DNA of 64,000 bases from Anaeramoeba ignava BMAN. Its lineage: Eukaryota; Protista; Anaeramoebae. Below the pieces are notes generated by a model. It saw only the letters and a list, made by a program, of their open reading frames with translations. It was not told the origin of the DNA and made no database searches. The translations under genes were made by a program, and so were the position numbers. The stretch covers positions 186,001-250,000 of the forward strand of contig JAPDFW010000092.1 in the NCBI GenBank assembly GCA_028826165.1, written 5' to 3'. This document shows, piece by piece, positions 40,901-56,000 of the stretch. Numbering within the stretch: the first letter of the stretch is position 1; each line of letters starts with the position of its first letter.

Positions 40901-43900
40901 CATTTTGATATTGATATTGATTTGAATTTGAATTTTGGTTTTGATATTCAATTTGATATTCATTTTGATTTTGATTTATATTTTGATTTTGATTTTGATT
41001 TTGATATTGATATCCATTTTGGTTTTGATATTGATTTTGATATTCATTTTGATTTTGATTTTCATTTTGATATTCATTTTGATACTGATATTCATTTTGA
41101 TTTTGATTTATATTTTGATTTTGATTTTGATTTTGATTTTCATTTTGATACTGATATTCAATTTGATATTCAATTTGATATTCATTTTCATTTTGATTTT
41201 GATTTTGATTTTGATTTTCATTTTCATTTTGATTTTGATTTTGATTTTGATTTTGATTTTGATTTTGATTTTGATTTTGATTTTGATTTTCATTTTGATT
41301 TTCATTTTGATTTATATTTTGATACTGATATTCATTTTGATTTTGATTTATATTTTCATTTTCATTTTCATTTTCATTTTCATTTTCATTTTCATTTTCA
41401 TTTTGATTTTGATTTTGATTTTGATTTTGATTTTGATTTTGATTTTGATTTTGATTTTGATTTTGATTTTGATTTTGATTTTGATTTTGATTTTGATTTT
41501 GATATTCATTTTGATTTTGATTTATATTTTGATTTTGATTTTGATTTTCATTTTGATTTTCATTTTCATTTTCATTTTGATATTGATTTTGATTTTGATT
41601 TTGATTTTGATTTATATTTTGATATTCATTTTCATTTTCATTTTGATTTATATTTTGATTTTCATTTTGATTTTGATTTTCATTTTGATTTTGATTTTGA
41701 TTTATATTTTGATTTTGATATTGATATTCATTTTCATTTTCATTTTCATTTATATTTTGATTTTCATTTTGATTTTCATTTTGATTTTCATTTTGATTTT
41801 CATTTTGATTTATATTTTGATTTTGATTTTGATTTTGATTTTCATTTTTATTTTGATTTTCATTTTGATTTTCATTTTGATTTATATTTTGATTTTGATT
41901 TTCGTTTTCGTTTTCGTTTTCATTTCGATTTTGATTTTGATTTTTATTTGGAGTATTATATTGATTTATAATATTAATGCGAATTGGTGTTTGTATTTCA
42001 TTTTGTATTTTATTTAAATTATCAATAATTTGTAATAACTCAATTCGATTTTCTAATGATAAAGGAATATTTTTTTTTGGAATTTTTGGAGTTTTTTGAT
42101 TTTTTTGATTAATAATTTCTTGTAAAATTTGGAATGGGATTTTTTTGAAAGGATTTTCATTTTGATTTTGATTTATATTTTCATTTTCATTTTCATTTTC
42201 ATTTTCATTTTCATTTTCATTTTCATTTTCATTTTCATTTTCATTTTTATTTTGATTTTCATTTTGATTTTGATTTTGATTTTGATTTTCATTTTCATTT
42301 TCATTTTTGATTTCATTTTCGATTTGATTCTCATTTTCATTTTGATTTTGATTTTGATTTTCATTTTCATTTTGATTTTCATTTTCATTTTCATTTTTAT
42401 TTTTATTTTTATTTTGATTTTGATTTTGATTTTGATTTTGATTTTGATTTATATTTTGATTTTCATTTTGATTTTCATTTTGATTTTGATTTTGATTTTG
42501 ATTTTCATTTTGATTTTGATTTTGATTTTGATTTTCATTTTCATTTTCATCGATATCCATTGAAATATTTTCATTTTGATTTTCATTTTGAATTACATTT
42601 TCAATTTCATCTTCATATTCATCCTCTTCGTCTTCATCCATTTCTTGAATTGTATTTAGAAATATATTTGATTGATTTATTTCTTCATTTCTATTTTTAT
42701 CAATATCTATATTCATTGAAACGCTTTTATTTTCGTTTTCTGATTCATATTCAGATTCATACTCAATTTCATTTTTTATTTCATTTTCATTTTCATTTTG
42801 ATTTTGATTTTCATTTTCATCTTCATTTTTGATTTCGATTTGATTCTCATTTTCATTTTCATTTTCATTTTCATTTTCATTTTCATTTTTATTTTTGATT
42901 TCATTTTCATTTTCATTTTCATTTTCGTTTTCATTTTCATTTTTGATTTCATTTTCGGATTCAGACTCATTAAATTCCTGTATTGTATTTAGAAATATAT
43001 TTTTTTTGTTAAATTCATTTAAATATTCATTTGAATGTTTCGAGAATTCATTTTCTTGATTTATATTTTGTTGATTTATGTTTTCTTGTTTTATATTTTC
43101 TTGTTTTATATTTTGATTTATATTTTGTTGATTTATGTTTTCTTGATTTATATTTTGTTCAATTATGTTTTCTTGTTTTATATTTTGTTGATTTATATTT
43201 TGTTCAATTATATTTTGTTCATTTATGTTTTCTTGTTTTATATTTTGTTCATTTATATTTTGTTCATTTATATTTTGTTGATTTATGTTTTCTTGTTTTA
43301 TATTTTGATTTATATTTTGTTCAATTATATTTTCTTGTTTTATATGTTGATTTATATTTTGTTGATTTATATTTTGCTGATTTATATTTTGTTGATTTAT
43401 GTTTTCTTGATTTATGTTTTGTTCATTTATATTTTCTTGTTTTATATGTTGATTTATATTTTGTTGATTTATATTTTGTTGATTTATATTTTGTTCATTT
43501 ATATTTTGTTCATTTATATTTTGTTCATTTATATTTTGTTGATTTATGTTTTCTTGTTTTATATTTTGATTTATATTTTGTTCAATTATATTTTTTTGAT
43601 TTATGTTTTCTTGTTTTATATTTTGTTCAATTATATTTTCGTTTTTGAAACTAATTGATTGACTAACTGGATTTTTTATAATATTTTCGATTGAATTTTT
43701 TAAATATGGTATTTTGGAGCTTGTTGGATTTGATTGACTATTAAATATAAACGAAGATTCTACATTAAAATCATTATTATGAGAATTACTAATATTGAAA
43801 TTTCTATTTTGATTAAGCATTTTCTTGAAATAAAACTTGTTGAGATAATTCATAACAATTTTCCTATTTAAAGAAATGCAACTATTTGTAATTTCTTTAA

Positions 43901-45005
43901 ATAATTGATTTAGTTCACTAACGGTTAATTCTTTCCTTTTCAATTCTTCTGTTACTTTTTTGATTTGATTTATAATAAATGTTTTGCATGAAATGAATAA
44001 TTTTTCACTTGTATTTTGAAATTTATGAAAAATAAATAAAACAGTTTCATTTGAAATCTGTCTTGATACTCTCTTTTCAAAATTTGAGATCAACAACTTC
44101 AAATCAAACAAAATTGCACAATTTAAAACATCACTTTCATCTACGTTTGAATTTGAAAACTTTCCTGAATACATATAATGAAGGACATATTGTATAATAG
44201 GTGGCTCAAAATCCGGAATTTCTACAAAATTTGAATTTAAATTTTCTAGTTTATTTGCTAAAAATGGAGATCGACAAATTAAAATTGATTTATGACATGA
44301 AATTGGAATTTTTTCTCTTCCACTTAAAATCTTGAAATCAAAATCTTCTTCTTCTTTTTTTGTGAATATTTTCAGCATATCTTGTGATAAATGTGACAAT
44401 AAATAAGCTTCAAAAATTTTGGGTGAAACAACAAAATATGATTTTTTTTTCTTGTATAAAAATGAATTTGGAGTTCTTTTTCGAGTCTTGTTTCTTCTAT
44501 TTTGATTTTGATTTGTATTTTGATTTTGATTTGTATTTGGATTTTGATTTGTATTTTGATTTTGATTTATATTTTGATTTTGATTTTGATTTATATTTTG
44601 ATTTTGATTTTGATTTATATTTTGATTTTGATTTTGATTTTGATTTTGATTTTGATTTTGATTTTGATTTTGATTTATATTTTGATTTTGATTTATATTT
44701 TGATTTATATTTTGATTTTGATTTATATTTTGATTTTGATTTTGATTTATATTTTGATTTATATTTTGATTTATATTTTGATTTTGATTTTGATTTTGAT
44801 TTTGATTTATATTTTGATTTATATTTTGATTTGTATTTGGATTTTGATTTGTATTTTGATTTATATTTTGATTTATATTTTGATTTGTATTTTGATTTAT
44901 ATTTTGATTTATATTTTGATTTATATTTTGATTTTGATTTTGATTTTGTTTTTCCATTTTATTTCTGATTTGTGTTTGATTTCTGGTTTGCATCCTCGTA
45001 TTCAT
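37917..45005 (-). CDS. BTB/POZ + very long N/Q/E low-complexity region + about 10 armadillo-like repeats
   Basis: BTB motif DFKI..CHKSILICRSPFL..EIPDFEPPIIQYVLHYMYSG. After a frameshift near 40380, about 11 small exons encode helical repeats (e.g. ENQTTIRRLRGISRILDII..GIGVLSYL); stop at 37919-37917. Fusion into a single gene is inferred. Confidence 0.72.
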
Positions 45006-45252
45006 TTTAAATTTAAATAGAAATGAAATGGAAATTGAATTTGAATTTGAATGAAATTAAATTTTAATGCAAAAAATTAAAATAAAAAATAAAAAATAAA
45101 AAAATGAAAAATAAAAAAACTAAAAAAAATTTTTTTCTCTTTCTCATTTAAATCCAAAAATAAAAATTAAAAATTAAAAATAAAAAATAAAAATTTAATT
45201 TGAAATTAAGAAAAAAAAAAAGTAAAAAATAGATTTCCATTTTTTACTTTCT

Positions 45253-46939
45253 ATGAATTCTAAATATAAAAGAATATTTAGCAAAAATATTAAATTAGAA
45301 AAAGAAATACCCTTTTTTATTCAAGAATGTTTTAAATTTCTTATCAAAATTAAGAATCCGAATGAAAAAATATTTTTTAAAAACGTTAATCCTCAAGTTA
45401 TTAATTCAATAAAAAAAATGGTTGATGTAGGAACACCTATTAATTTAGAAGTTTTAGGACAAAGTGTTGTTTGTGCTGTTATAAAACATTACCTTTTAGA
45501 ATTACCTCTTCCTTTATTTTCAAATGATTACTATAATATGTTTGAAAAAGTGATAGGTTGATATTTAATATCTATTTAAAATCTATTTAAAAATTTTAAT
45601 ATTTTAATATTTTAATATTTTAATATTTAAAAATAGAAAAACCCGAAACAGAACAAAAATCTTCATTAATGATTGTTATACAAAAGATCCCAATTATCAA
45701 TTTGAAAATATTTGTTCAAATTTTAAAATTAATTACTCACTTTACTCAAATTGATAAATTAACAAATTCAACAATTTCAATTATTTCTCTTTTTGGATCA
45801 TTAATTTTTCAAAAAGAATCAACAGAAACAATTGAATTTATAATGTTTCTTGCTTGTCAAAACATGAAAAATATTGAAAATTATTTGAAACAAGTAAATT
45901 GAAAAAAAAATTATTTAAAATCAAAAATTAATCATTTAATCTTCTATTAATTTTCTTTCTTGTTTAAAAAAGATGATTGAAAAATCAAATCAAAAAAAAG
46001 AAATCAAATCCCAAAATATGAATCAAAAACAAAAGGAAATATTGGAAAATGATAAAATTATCGCGACTCTCTTACTCAAAAAAGAAATTGATTTGGTTTC
46101 TAATGAAAAAAAACAATTAAGTCAAAAGTATCAATCAAAAAAATTTGAAATTGAAGAAGAAATTCAACAAATTAATAAAATTAATGGAATTTATGAAGAA
46201 ATGAATGAAAATTTTGAAAATCAAAAAGAAGATCAAATTGTTGGGAAAAATTATCAAATATTACAAAAAGTAAATGAAGAAAAAAAAGCAAAAATTGAAG
46301 AATTAGAAAAAGAAGTTGAAAAATTAAACTTCCAATTCGAGGAATTATCGAAATTTGTTGTAAACCAAAATGAAGAATGGGAAAATAAAGAAGAAAAAAC
46401 ACTTAAAGACATTTCATTATTGGAAACTGAATATGAAAAGAAAAAGTCGAGAAATTCTTCGATTGGAAAAAAGAAGAGAAGAAATTGCATTTGAAATGAA
46501 GGATATTTTGAAGAAAACACAAAAATCAAAGTTTGAAAAATCAAAAATTCAACAAGAATTATCAACATTTGAAAAACAACTCCAAATTGAATATTTAAAA
46601 GTAGAAACAGAACAGAAACTCAATGAATCAAGAAAATCACAATTTGATTTGTTTATGAAAGCATTCCAAGAAGAAAGAGAAAGATTTACAAACCTGAAAT
46701 TAATGAAAAATGAAGAAATGAATAAATTAAGTCAAGATTTTACAAAATTTTTAGAAATTAGTTCAAATTCTCAAGAGTTATTTGAAACAATTGAGAAAAT
46801 TGAAAATTACAAGATTGATTTGAGAAATTATATTAAAATTATCGAAAAACAAAGAAATCAGTCAAAATTAATTGAAAAAATGTTGATTGAAAAAGGTTTA
46901 ATTTCCAAAGATGATTTAAAATCAAATGAAACGAATTGA
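45253..46939 (+). CDS. RhoGAP-like domain + C-terminal coiled coil (3 exons, frameshift near 46440)
   Basis: IPFFIQECFKFL..EKIFF..AVIKHYLLELPLPLF..PIINLKIFVQILKLI..SLFGSLIF match RhoGAP boxes; the tail is E/K-rich with heptad character. Confidence 0.75.
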
Positions 46940-47040
46940 TTTAAAATCAAACGAGTATTATTGATTTTCTTTTCTTCTTTTTTTTTCCCTTTTTTCAAAA
47001 TAAACAAAATAAAAAAAAAAACTTCAAATCATTTTGATTT

Positions 47041-49560
47041 TCATTTTTTCACCATTTCTTTGATATTAAACATTGCAAAGGAACCTAAATCAATGTTATT
47101 TTTTGCACAAGAATATTTTGTGTATACAAAATGTTTCAAAGATTTTTCAAGAAGAGAAGTTTGAGGTTGATTTTCATAATTAAGTAAAAATTTGTTTATA
47201 ATTTTTGAAACTTTTAAACGTTCTTCTTGATTAAATAAATGATTTAAATGTGATTTTTTTGGTTGAGAAAAAGCAATTAAACCTAAGACTTGTTCAATTT
47301 TTGAACTGTGGATATAATTATCCCAAATTTCTTTGTTTATAATTTTGTTTTGGTCATTTTGTGATTGAAGTTTTTTTTCATTTTTTTGGTTAAGTATTTT
47401 TAATTTTTCAGAATTAGGAATTTCTTTTGGAAGTATTTCTATATTTTGGTTGTGTAAATTTAATGATGCTAAATAAGGAAGAGATGATCGAGAAATGTTT
47501 AAATTATTAGATTGATGATTTATATTTTGAATTTGATTTTGATTTTGATTTTGAATATTTCGAATATTTTGAATATTTTGATTTCGAATATTTTGATTTC
47601 GATTTATATTTGAATTTGGATTTATATTTCTAATTTGAATTTGAACTACATTTTGAAGTATATTTGGGTTTATAAGTACATTTTGATTTATAAGTCTATT
47701 TTGATTTTGATTTTGATTTTGATTTTGATTTTGATTTTGATTTTGATTTTGATTTTGATTTTGATTTTGATTTTGATTTTGATTTTGATTTTGATTTTGA
47801 TTTTGATTTTGATTTTGATTTTGATTTTGATTTTGATTTTGATTTTTGATTTTGATTTTGATTTTGATTTTATTTTGATTTTTTGAATTTTGATTTGAAA
47901 TTTTTTGATTTTGATTTTATATTTTTCGATTTTGATTTTGATTTTGATTTTGATTTTGATTTTGATTTTGATTTTGATTTTGATTTTGATTTTGATTTTA
48001 TATTTTGATTTTGATTTAAATTTCGATTTTGATTTAAATTTTGATTTTGATTTATATTTTGATTTTGATTTTGATTTAAATTTTGATTTTGATTTTGATT
48101 TTGATTTTGATTTTGATTTATATTTTGATTTTGATTTTGATTTTGATTTTGATTTTGATTTTGATTTTGATTTTGATTTTGATTTCGATTTCGATTTTGA
48201 TTTTGATTTTGATTTTGATTTTGATTTTGATTTTGATTTTGATTTATATTTTGATTTTGATTTAAATTTCGATTTTGATTTAAATTTTGATTTTGATTTT
48301 GATTTAAATTTTGATTTTGATTTTGATTTTGATTTCGATTTCGATTTAAATTTTGATTTTGATTTCGATTTTTTGTTGGAGAATTTAATCGACTTGTTTT
48401 ATCTTTTTTGAAAGAAGGTAATTTATATTCCGATATTATTTTCTCTTTAAGTTTAGCTAAATTAGATCCTTTTGAAAGTAAACATTCAATATTCGAAGAA
48501 TTAGAATTAATAGATTCAACAAAATCTTGAGTTTTCAAAACAAGTAATAAATCTTGATTTTTTTCCAACAAACCAGAATAAATATTTTGAATTTTATCAA
48601 TTGCTTGATCAACTTTCCCATCCAATATCAAATTTGAAATATTCTTTCGATTTTGAATTAAATTAATCATTTTTTGGATATCAAATTTTTGCAAAGTTTG
48701 ATGACCCAAAACATCACATTCATTTGAAAAAGCAAGTAAAGTATTTGCAAAACCACGATTAATCAAATGAGAAAAAATCAAGTGATTTAAAGCAAGACTA
48801 ATAAAATGAGAATCATAAAAAACGGAATTGCGAATTTTTTCTTGATGATCCAAAAAATAACTTTCTATATCAAATTTAAAGGGAGATTTTCCAAAGTTGG
48901 CGGTTATAATTTCGCCTCTTGATCTTAATCCAACAATGGGATAAAGTTTTTGCTTAGTTTCAACTTGTTGAAATGCAGTTGGAAGAGAAATTCCATTTTT
49001 TGTATAAAATAAAACACGTGAAATGCAATTCAAACAGCAACCGATTATGTCGCCGGTTGAGTAAGTTGGCCCATAAATTTCGCCTCTTCCATTTGATTCA
49101 AAAATTTTTCCATCATCTCCATGATAACCAAGTGAATAATAATCCCAACCTGGCATTCTATTGAGGCTCACAGACTTCGCTGATACCCCAATTCCAATAT
49201 AATTTGTGTCGCCAGATGATACTACATTAATCTCAAAATAAAAAATTCCACAACTAATTGGAATTGGATTTTCTGTTCTTATTGACGCGATCTCAGAATC
49301 GTCTCTTCCTGTTAAATATGTTTGTTGATTTTCCATTTTATTTGTTGTTTTTTTTCCAGGAATTATCATCCTTAAAAGTCAGTCTTTTTATTTATCTGTT
49401 TTTTTGAGGGGTTTAAATACATACCAAATCCTGTATAAATTATTTTTAATCCGTCGTCTTCGATATCAATAAATTTATATTTATCTTGAATATTAAATTT
49501 ATGAGGTAATTTTGGATATTTATCAATCAAATATTCTTTGTATTCTGATTCCGTATTCAT
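47041..49560 (-). CDS. RANBP9: RanBP9/RanBP10 (RanBPM)-like SPRY-LisH-CTLH-CRA protein
   Basis: SPRY (CGIFYFEINVV..IGIG..RMPGWD..GYHGDDG..YGPTYSTGDIIGC), LisH (LIFSHLINRGFANT), CTLH (RKNISNLILDGKVDQAI) and CRA (VLGLIAFSQP..ERLKVSKIIN); a frameshifted NQ insert lies at 47500-48370. Confidence 0.88.
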
Positions 49561-49664
49561 ATTTTAAAAAATACAAAATTAAAAAATTTCAAAATACAAA
49601 AAGAAAAAAAGAAAAAAGAAAAAATGAAAAAAATGAAAAAAATTTTTTCGCTTTTTTTATTTAA

Positions 49665-52600
49665 TCAATTTAATTCAAATAATTCTCCATAAAATTCAAC
49701 TCCAGCTAAAACAAGGAAATTATGATGAGTTGAATTATATCCTGTTTGTAAAAGGCGAATATATCTGAAATCTTTATCCAAATTTTGAGTTATTCTCCAA
49801 GAACATGTTGCAAATTTTCCATCTAAAGAATCATCATTTCTATGTTGTCTTAAAACTTTCCAACTTTGTTTATCATTTGAACCTTGAATATCCCAATTTC
49901 TTAAAGTATCTGCTCTATAATTTCCTCCATGCATTAAAGTATAATAATTTAATGTAACTGTTCTGTTTTCTCCAAAATCAAAAATAACCCAAGAAGATGG
50001 AATATCCTTATAAATATATTAATTTTAATTTTAATTTTAATTTTAATTTTAATTTTAATTTTAATTTTAATTTTAATTTTAATTATAATTTTAATTTTAA
50101 TTATAATTTTAAATTTTAATTTTAATTTAAATTTTAATTTTTAATTTTAATTATAATTTTAATAATTTTAATTTTAAATTTAATTATAATTTTAATATTA
50201 ATTTTAATATTAATTTTAATTATAATTTTTAATATTAATTATAATTATAATTTTAATTTTAAATTTAATTTTAATATTAATTTTTAATTATAATTATAAT
50301 TTTAATTTTTTAATTTTATTTTAATTTTAATTTTAATTTTAATATTAATTTAAATTATTAATTTTAATTTTAATTATAATTTCAATCCTATACTCGAGTC
50401 CAAAATTGTGGTGTTGATCTACTTGTTAAATCTAATGGATCTCCTTTTTCAATTGATGAAGTAAAAATATGAAATCCAATAGTTTCATCTCTTGCTGGAT
50501 TTGAAAATGTATTTGTTAAAGAACGAGATCCAATATAAAAAATAATTCCATTAGTATCAAAATCACTTTGATAATCAAAACTAATTCCACATAAAGGTCT
50601 TGGTTGGAATCTATTTTTTTTTAAATAAATTTTATCCGAATTTTAATTTTGAATTTTAAATTTAATTTTAATTTTCATTTTGATTTTGATTTTGAATTTT
50701 AATTTTAATTTTAATTTTGATTTTGATTTTGAATTTTAATTTTAATTTTGATTTTGATTTTGATTTTAATTTTGATTTTTAAATTCATACTGTTTTATTT
50801 CATCTTCTAATGGAATTAAATTATTTTGAAGAATATCAATTCTTTTCACTAAAGATTCGATTATAATATCTTTTGGAGTATATGGATTTTGTCTAGCATG
50901 TTCAAAATCTTCATAATTTAAATAAGGATAATGAACCGAAACCTAATAATTATTAATTTTATTTATATTTATTTTAATTTTTCAATTAAATCTTCCAAAA
51001 AAAAAATAATATTTAATACCATTAATATTTTTGCTTCTTCTTCATTTATATTTGGATGATTTTTTATATATTGACAAATTGTATAATAAACAGTACTTTC
51101 AGATTTAACTCCCAAATGATCATGACTAATTAATTTCAAAAATATTTCATATGGCATCCAATTAAAGTTGCTTTGATCAAGAAAACAAAAATTTTTAGCA
51201 ATTAACTATATAATTTTATTTTTGATTTTGATATTGATTTTGATTTTTATTTTGATTTTGATTTTCAATTTTATTTTGATTTTTGATTTATATTTTGATT
51301 TTGAATTTTGATTTTGATTTTTATTTTGATTTTGATTTTGATTTTAATTTTAATTTTAATTTTTATTTTGATTTTTATTTTGATTTTAATTTTGATTTTG
51401 AATTTTATTTTGAATTTGATTTTGAATTTGATTTTTATTTTAATTTTGAATTTGATTTTGAATTTGATTTTGATTTTGATTTTGAATTATTTTGATTTTG
51501 ATTTTGATTTTGATTTTGGTTTTGATTTTGATTTTGATATTAATTTTGATTTTGATTTTGATTTTGATTTTGATTTTGAATTTGAATTTGATTTTGAATT
51601 TGATTTTGAATTGAATTTTTGGATTGAAAATTACATAAATGCATTTTGAAGTAACATCATCTGCATGATATTCAATTGATTTCGCAAGAACATCAAGTAC
51701 ATTATTTTTAGTTGTATGTTGTTTAATAAAAATACTAGCTGTTTGTTTTAATTCTGGAATAATAAATTGATCTGCCATTGCAAGTATTGGAATAGCAGTT
51801 TCTTGGGTAATTTCTGCATGTCCATCATACATAAAACGAACAACAGAAGGAAAAACCTAATATTTATATATTTATTTATATATTTATTTATATATTTATA
51901 TATTTATTTATATATTTATATATTTATTTATATATTTATTTATTTATTTATTTATATATTTATTTAGATATTTTTTGGATATTTATTTATATATTTATTT
52001 ATATATTTATTTATATATTTATTTATATATTTTTAGATATTTATTTATATATTTATTTTATATATTTTATTTATATATTTAATTATTTTATATATTTATT
52101 TATATATTTATATTTATATATTTTTATTTATTTATTTATTTATATATATTTATTTATTTATATATATTTATTTATATATTTATTTATATATTTATTTATA
52201 TATTTATTTATATATTTATTTATATATTTATTTATATATTTATTTATATATTTATTTATATATTTAATTATATATTTATTTATATATTTATTTATATATT
52301 TAATTATATATTTATTTATATATTTTTTGGATATTTTGAGTTGACAAAGATTTAAATCAAATCTCTAATTGATTATCTATAAATTTGATATGTTAAAAAT
52401 TTTATTCAGTTAATACATTTGCCGGATCAGAAAATTTAACTTCAATTCTTTTTTCATGTTTTTCTTTCATTTCAGAAAGTAACATTTTTTTGAAATATTT
52501 GGAACTGTTTGTTTTTGTTCTCTTTATTATTAAAGATATAACTGTATATGTATTATTGAATGATGAACGTAAATTACCTGTAAGAAAGAATAATTTTATG

Positions 52601-52762
52601 AAGAAAATATTCTTTTCCTTCAATTACAATTATTACATCATAAAAATCTGATTTTTGGAGATATTTTAAAAAACCTTTTCCAAAAAATTCATTTTGTTTA
52701 GGTGGATTTGGAAGAGTTTCATTTATTGGATATAATTTTTTAGTTGTAAATTTTGGATTCAT
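49665..52762 (-). CDS. BTB-BACK protein with C-terminal galactose-binding/discoidin-like domain (HECTD1/At2g30600-type)
   Basis: [28 protein letters not shown]; [13 protein letters not shown]; [11 protein letters not shown]; [12 protein letters not shown]; [26 protein letters not shown]; multi-exon. Confidence 0.85.
51860..52325. repeat. (TATTTATTTATA)n intronic repeat; (TTTTAA)n at 50020-50380 lies in another intron of the same gene
   Basis: Direct inspection of the sequence. Confidence 0.9.
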
Positions 52763-53017
52763 ATAAATAATAAAAAGAAAAAAAGAAAAAAAGAAAAAAA
52801 TGAAAAAAAAAAACAAAATTTTTAAAATTTAGAGACAAATTATATCATCAAATACTTTTATTTTTCTTTTTTTTAATTCAATAACTTAATCATTTTAAAT
52901 TCAATTAACAAAAATGAAAGGAAAAGATTTAAAAGAAAAAGAACAAATTTTTTTATTTTTTTTCATTTTCATTTTTTAATTTTCATTTTTATTTTTTTTT
53001 TAAAAAGCAAAAAAAAA

Positions 53018-56000
53018 ATGGATAATAATATTATCAATCAAGAAGAAGAAGATCAATATTCAAGACAGTTATTAATGTTAGGAAAAGAAGCAATGCTTAA
53101 AATGGCTCAATCTAAAGTACTTTTAGTTGGTTTATCTGGACTTGGAGCTGAAATTGGTAAAATTATTTATTATTCTTTTTTTTTTTTAATTAAAACTAAA
53201 ATATTTTTTTATTGATTAAAATAAAATAAAAATAAAAATAAAAAAAAGCTAAAAATGTTATTCTTGCAAGAGTTAAAAAAATAACACTTTGGGATAAAGA
53301 ATTAACTCAAATTGAAGATCTAAGCGCAAATGTAAATATTTATTTTAATATTTATTTATATATTTATTCAAATATTTATTCTCAATATTTGTTCTCAATA
53401 TTTATTTTAATATTTATTTATATATTTATTTAAATATTTATTTTAATATTTATTTAAATATTTATTTATATATTTATTTTTAATATTCATTTCAAATTAG
53501 TTTTTTTTAACTGAAGAAGATATTGGAAAAAATCGAGTAGAAGTTTCTTATTCAAAATTTGCTGAATTAAATGAACATGTTCAAGTTGATTTTTCAACAA
53601 AAGAGCTTGATGAAGAATTTATAAAAGAATATACAGTTGTTGTTCTTTGTTCTCAACGATCTTTAACTGAAATATTTCGAATTGGAGATATTTGTCATAA
53701 AAATAATATTCAATTTATTGTTACAGATACACTTGGTGTTTTTGGATTTTGTTTTAATGATTTTGGAAAGGAATTTGTTGTTGCTGATCCAAAAGGAGAA
53801 CCACCACTAAAAACGATGATTGGTGAAATTACCAAAGTAATATCCAAAATAAATATTCAAAATAAATATCTAAAATATTCAAAATAAATATCCAAAATAA
53901 ATATTCAAAATAAATATTCAATATTCAAAAAAAAATATTAAAAATAAATATTCAAAATAAATATCTAAAATATTCAAAATAAATATCCAAAATAAATATT
54001 CAAAATAAATATTCAATATTCAAAAATAAATATTCAAAATAAATATCTAAAATAAATATTAAAAATATTAAAAATAAATATTCAAAATAAATATTAAAAA
54101 TAAATATCTAAAATAAATATCTTAAAATAAATATTCAAAAAAAATAAATATCTAAAATAAATATTCAAAAATAAAAAAAATAAATATTAAAAATAAATAT
54201 TAAAAATAAATATTCAAAATAAATACTAAAAATATCCAAAATAAATATTAAAAATATCTAAAATAAATATTCTAAATAAATATTAAATATCAAAAATAAA
54301 TATTAAAAATATCCAAAATAAATATTCAAAATAAATATTAAAAATATTAAAAATAAATATTCAAAATAAATACTCTAATTTTTAGGAAGAAAATGCAAAA
54401 GTTACAAATAACTTAGTTGCAAGACATGGTTTTGAAACAAGTAATTAAATTAAATTAAAAATTAATCTTAATAAATTAAATTAAATTAAAAATTAATCTT
54501 AATAAATTAAATTAAATTAAAAATTAATCTTAATAAATTAAATTAAATTAAAAATTAATCTTAATAAATTAAATTAAATTAAAAATTAATCTTAATAAAT
54601 TAAATTAAATTAAAAATTAATCTTAATAAATTAAATTAAATTAAAAATTAATCTTAATAAATTAAATTAAAAATTAATCTTAATAAATTAAATTAAATTA
54701 AAAATAATCTTAATAAATTAAATAAAAAGATGATCGAGTAATCTTTTCTGAAGTTCCAGGAATGACTGAACTTAATAACAAAAATTCGTAAAATTGAAGT
54801 CATTAATCCATTTGAATTTTTAATTGGAGATACAAAAGATTTCCATGATTATTCTTTCGAAGGCTCAGGAGGATATGCAACTCAAGTTATTACACCAATC
54901 AAAATGGATTTTGATTCAATAAAAGAATCAATTGAAAAACCAAAGTTTTTTATTTCTGATGACGCAAAAGAAAAAAGGCCGATTCAACTCCATTTAGGAT
55001 TCCAAGCAATATATCAATACATGGAAGAAAACAAACGCCAATTTTTAGAACCACACGCTGATAGCGTTGTTGAAGAAATCCTGAAAAAAATGGAAGAGAA
55101 AAATTCCACTTTTGAAACCAAAATAGAAATTGATAAAGAATTAATAACAAAATTAGTTTATTCCTCAACAGGAGAACTTTCCCCAATGTGCGCATTCTTT
55201 GGAGGAATTGTAGGACAAGAAGTGCTGAAAGCATGCTCAGCAAAATACACGCCTATCAATCAATGGATGTATTTCGATGCTATTGAATGCTTACCAAAAA
55301 ATTACTTGGAAATGCCTTTGGAGGAATTCAAATCGGATCAAAAAACACGATATTCAACACAAATCTCAGTTTTGGGGAAAAAAGTGGATCAAATGATTCA
55401 TGAACAGAAATATTTTATGGTGGGAGCAGGAGCTATTGGATGCGAAATGTTGAAAAATTGGGCAATGATCGGACTTGGAACAAGTGATAACGGCTTTATT
55501 CATTTGACAGATATGGACTCAATTGAAAGAAGTAACTTGAACAGGCAATTTTTGTTCAGACCGTGGGATATCAAGAAAATGAAATCTGAGGTGGCAACAA
55601 ACGCTGCAAAGAAGATGAATTCTGATCTCAATATCATTCCACATTCGGATCGAGTTGGACAAGAAACTGAGAAGTTTTATAACGATGACTTCTTTGAATC
55701 TTTAACAGGTGTTTGCAACGCATTGGATAATGTCGAGGCAAGGAAATATGTCGATTCAAGATGCGTGTTTTATCACAAACCTCTTCTTGAATCAGGAACA
55801 CTCGGACAAAAAGGAAACACTCAAGTCATAATCCCGAAATTGACGGTTTCTTATTCAGATAGTGTCGATGTCCCTGACACTTCAATACCTCTTTGCACAC
55901 TCCATAACTTCCCCAACAAGATAGAACACACAATAGAATGGGCAAGAGATCTTTTTGAAGGCCTGTTTCATAATGCACCACAAAATTTGGTTTCTTTTAT

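Noticed and set aside
40052-45020. Long plus-strand ORFs (DFDF, ILIL, LYFV repeats)
   Set aside because: They are antisense shadows of the N/Q-rich minus-strand BTB gene and are stop-free only because of repeat composition.
54442-54722. 31-bp repeats resembling a CRISPR array
   Set aside because: No unique spacers and no cas genes; the repeats lie inside a GT-AG intron of eukaryotic UBA1.
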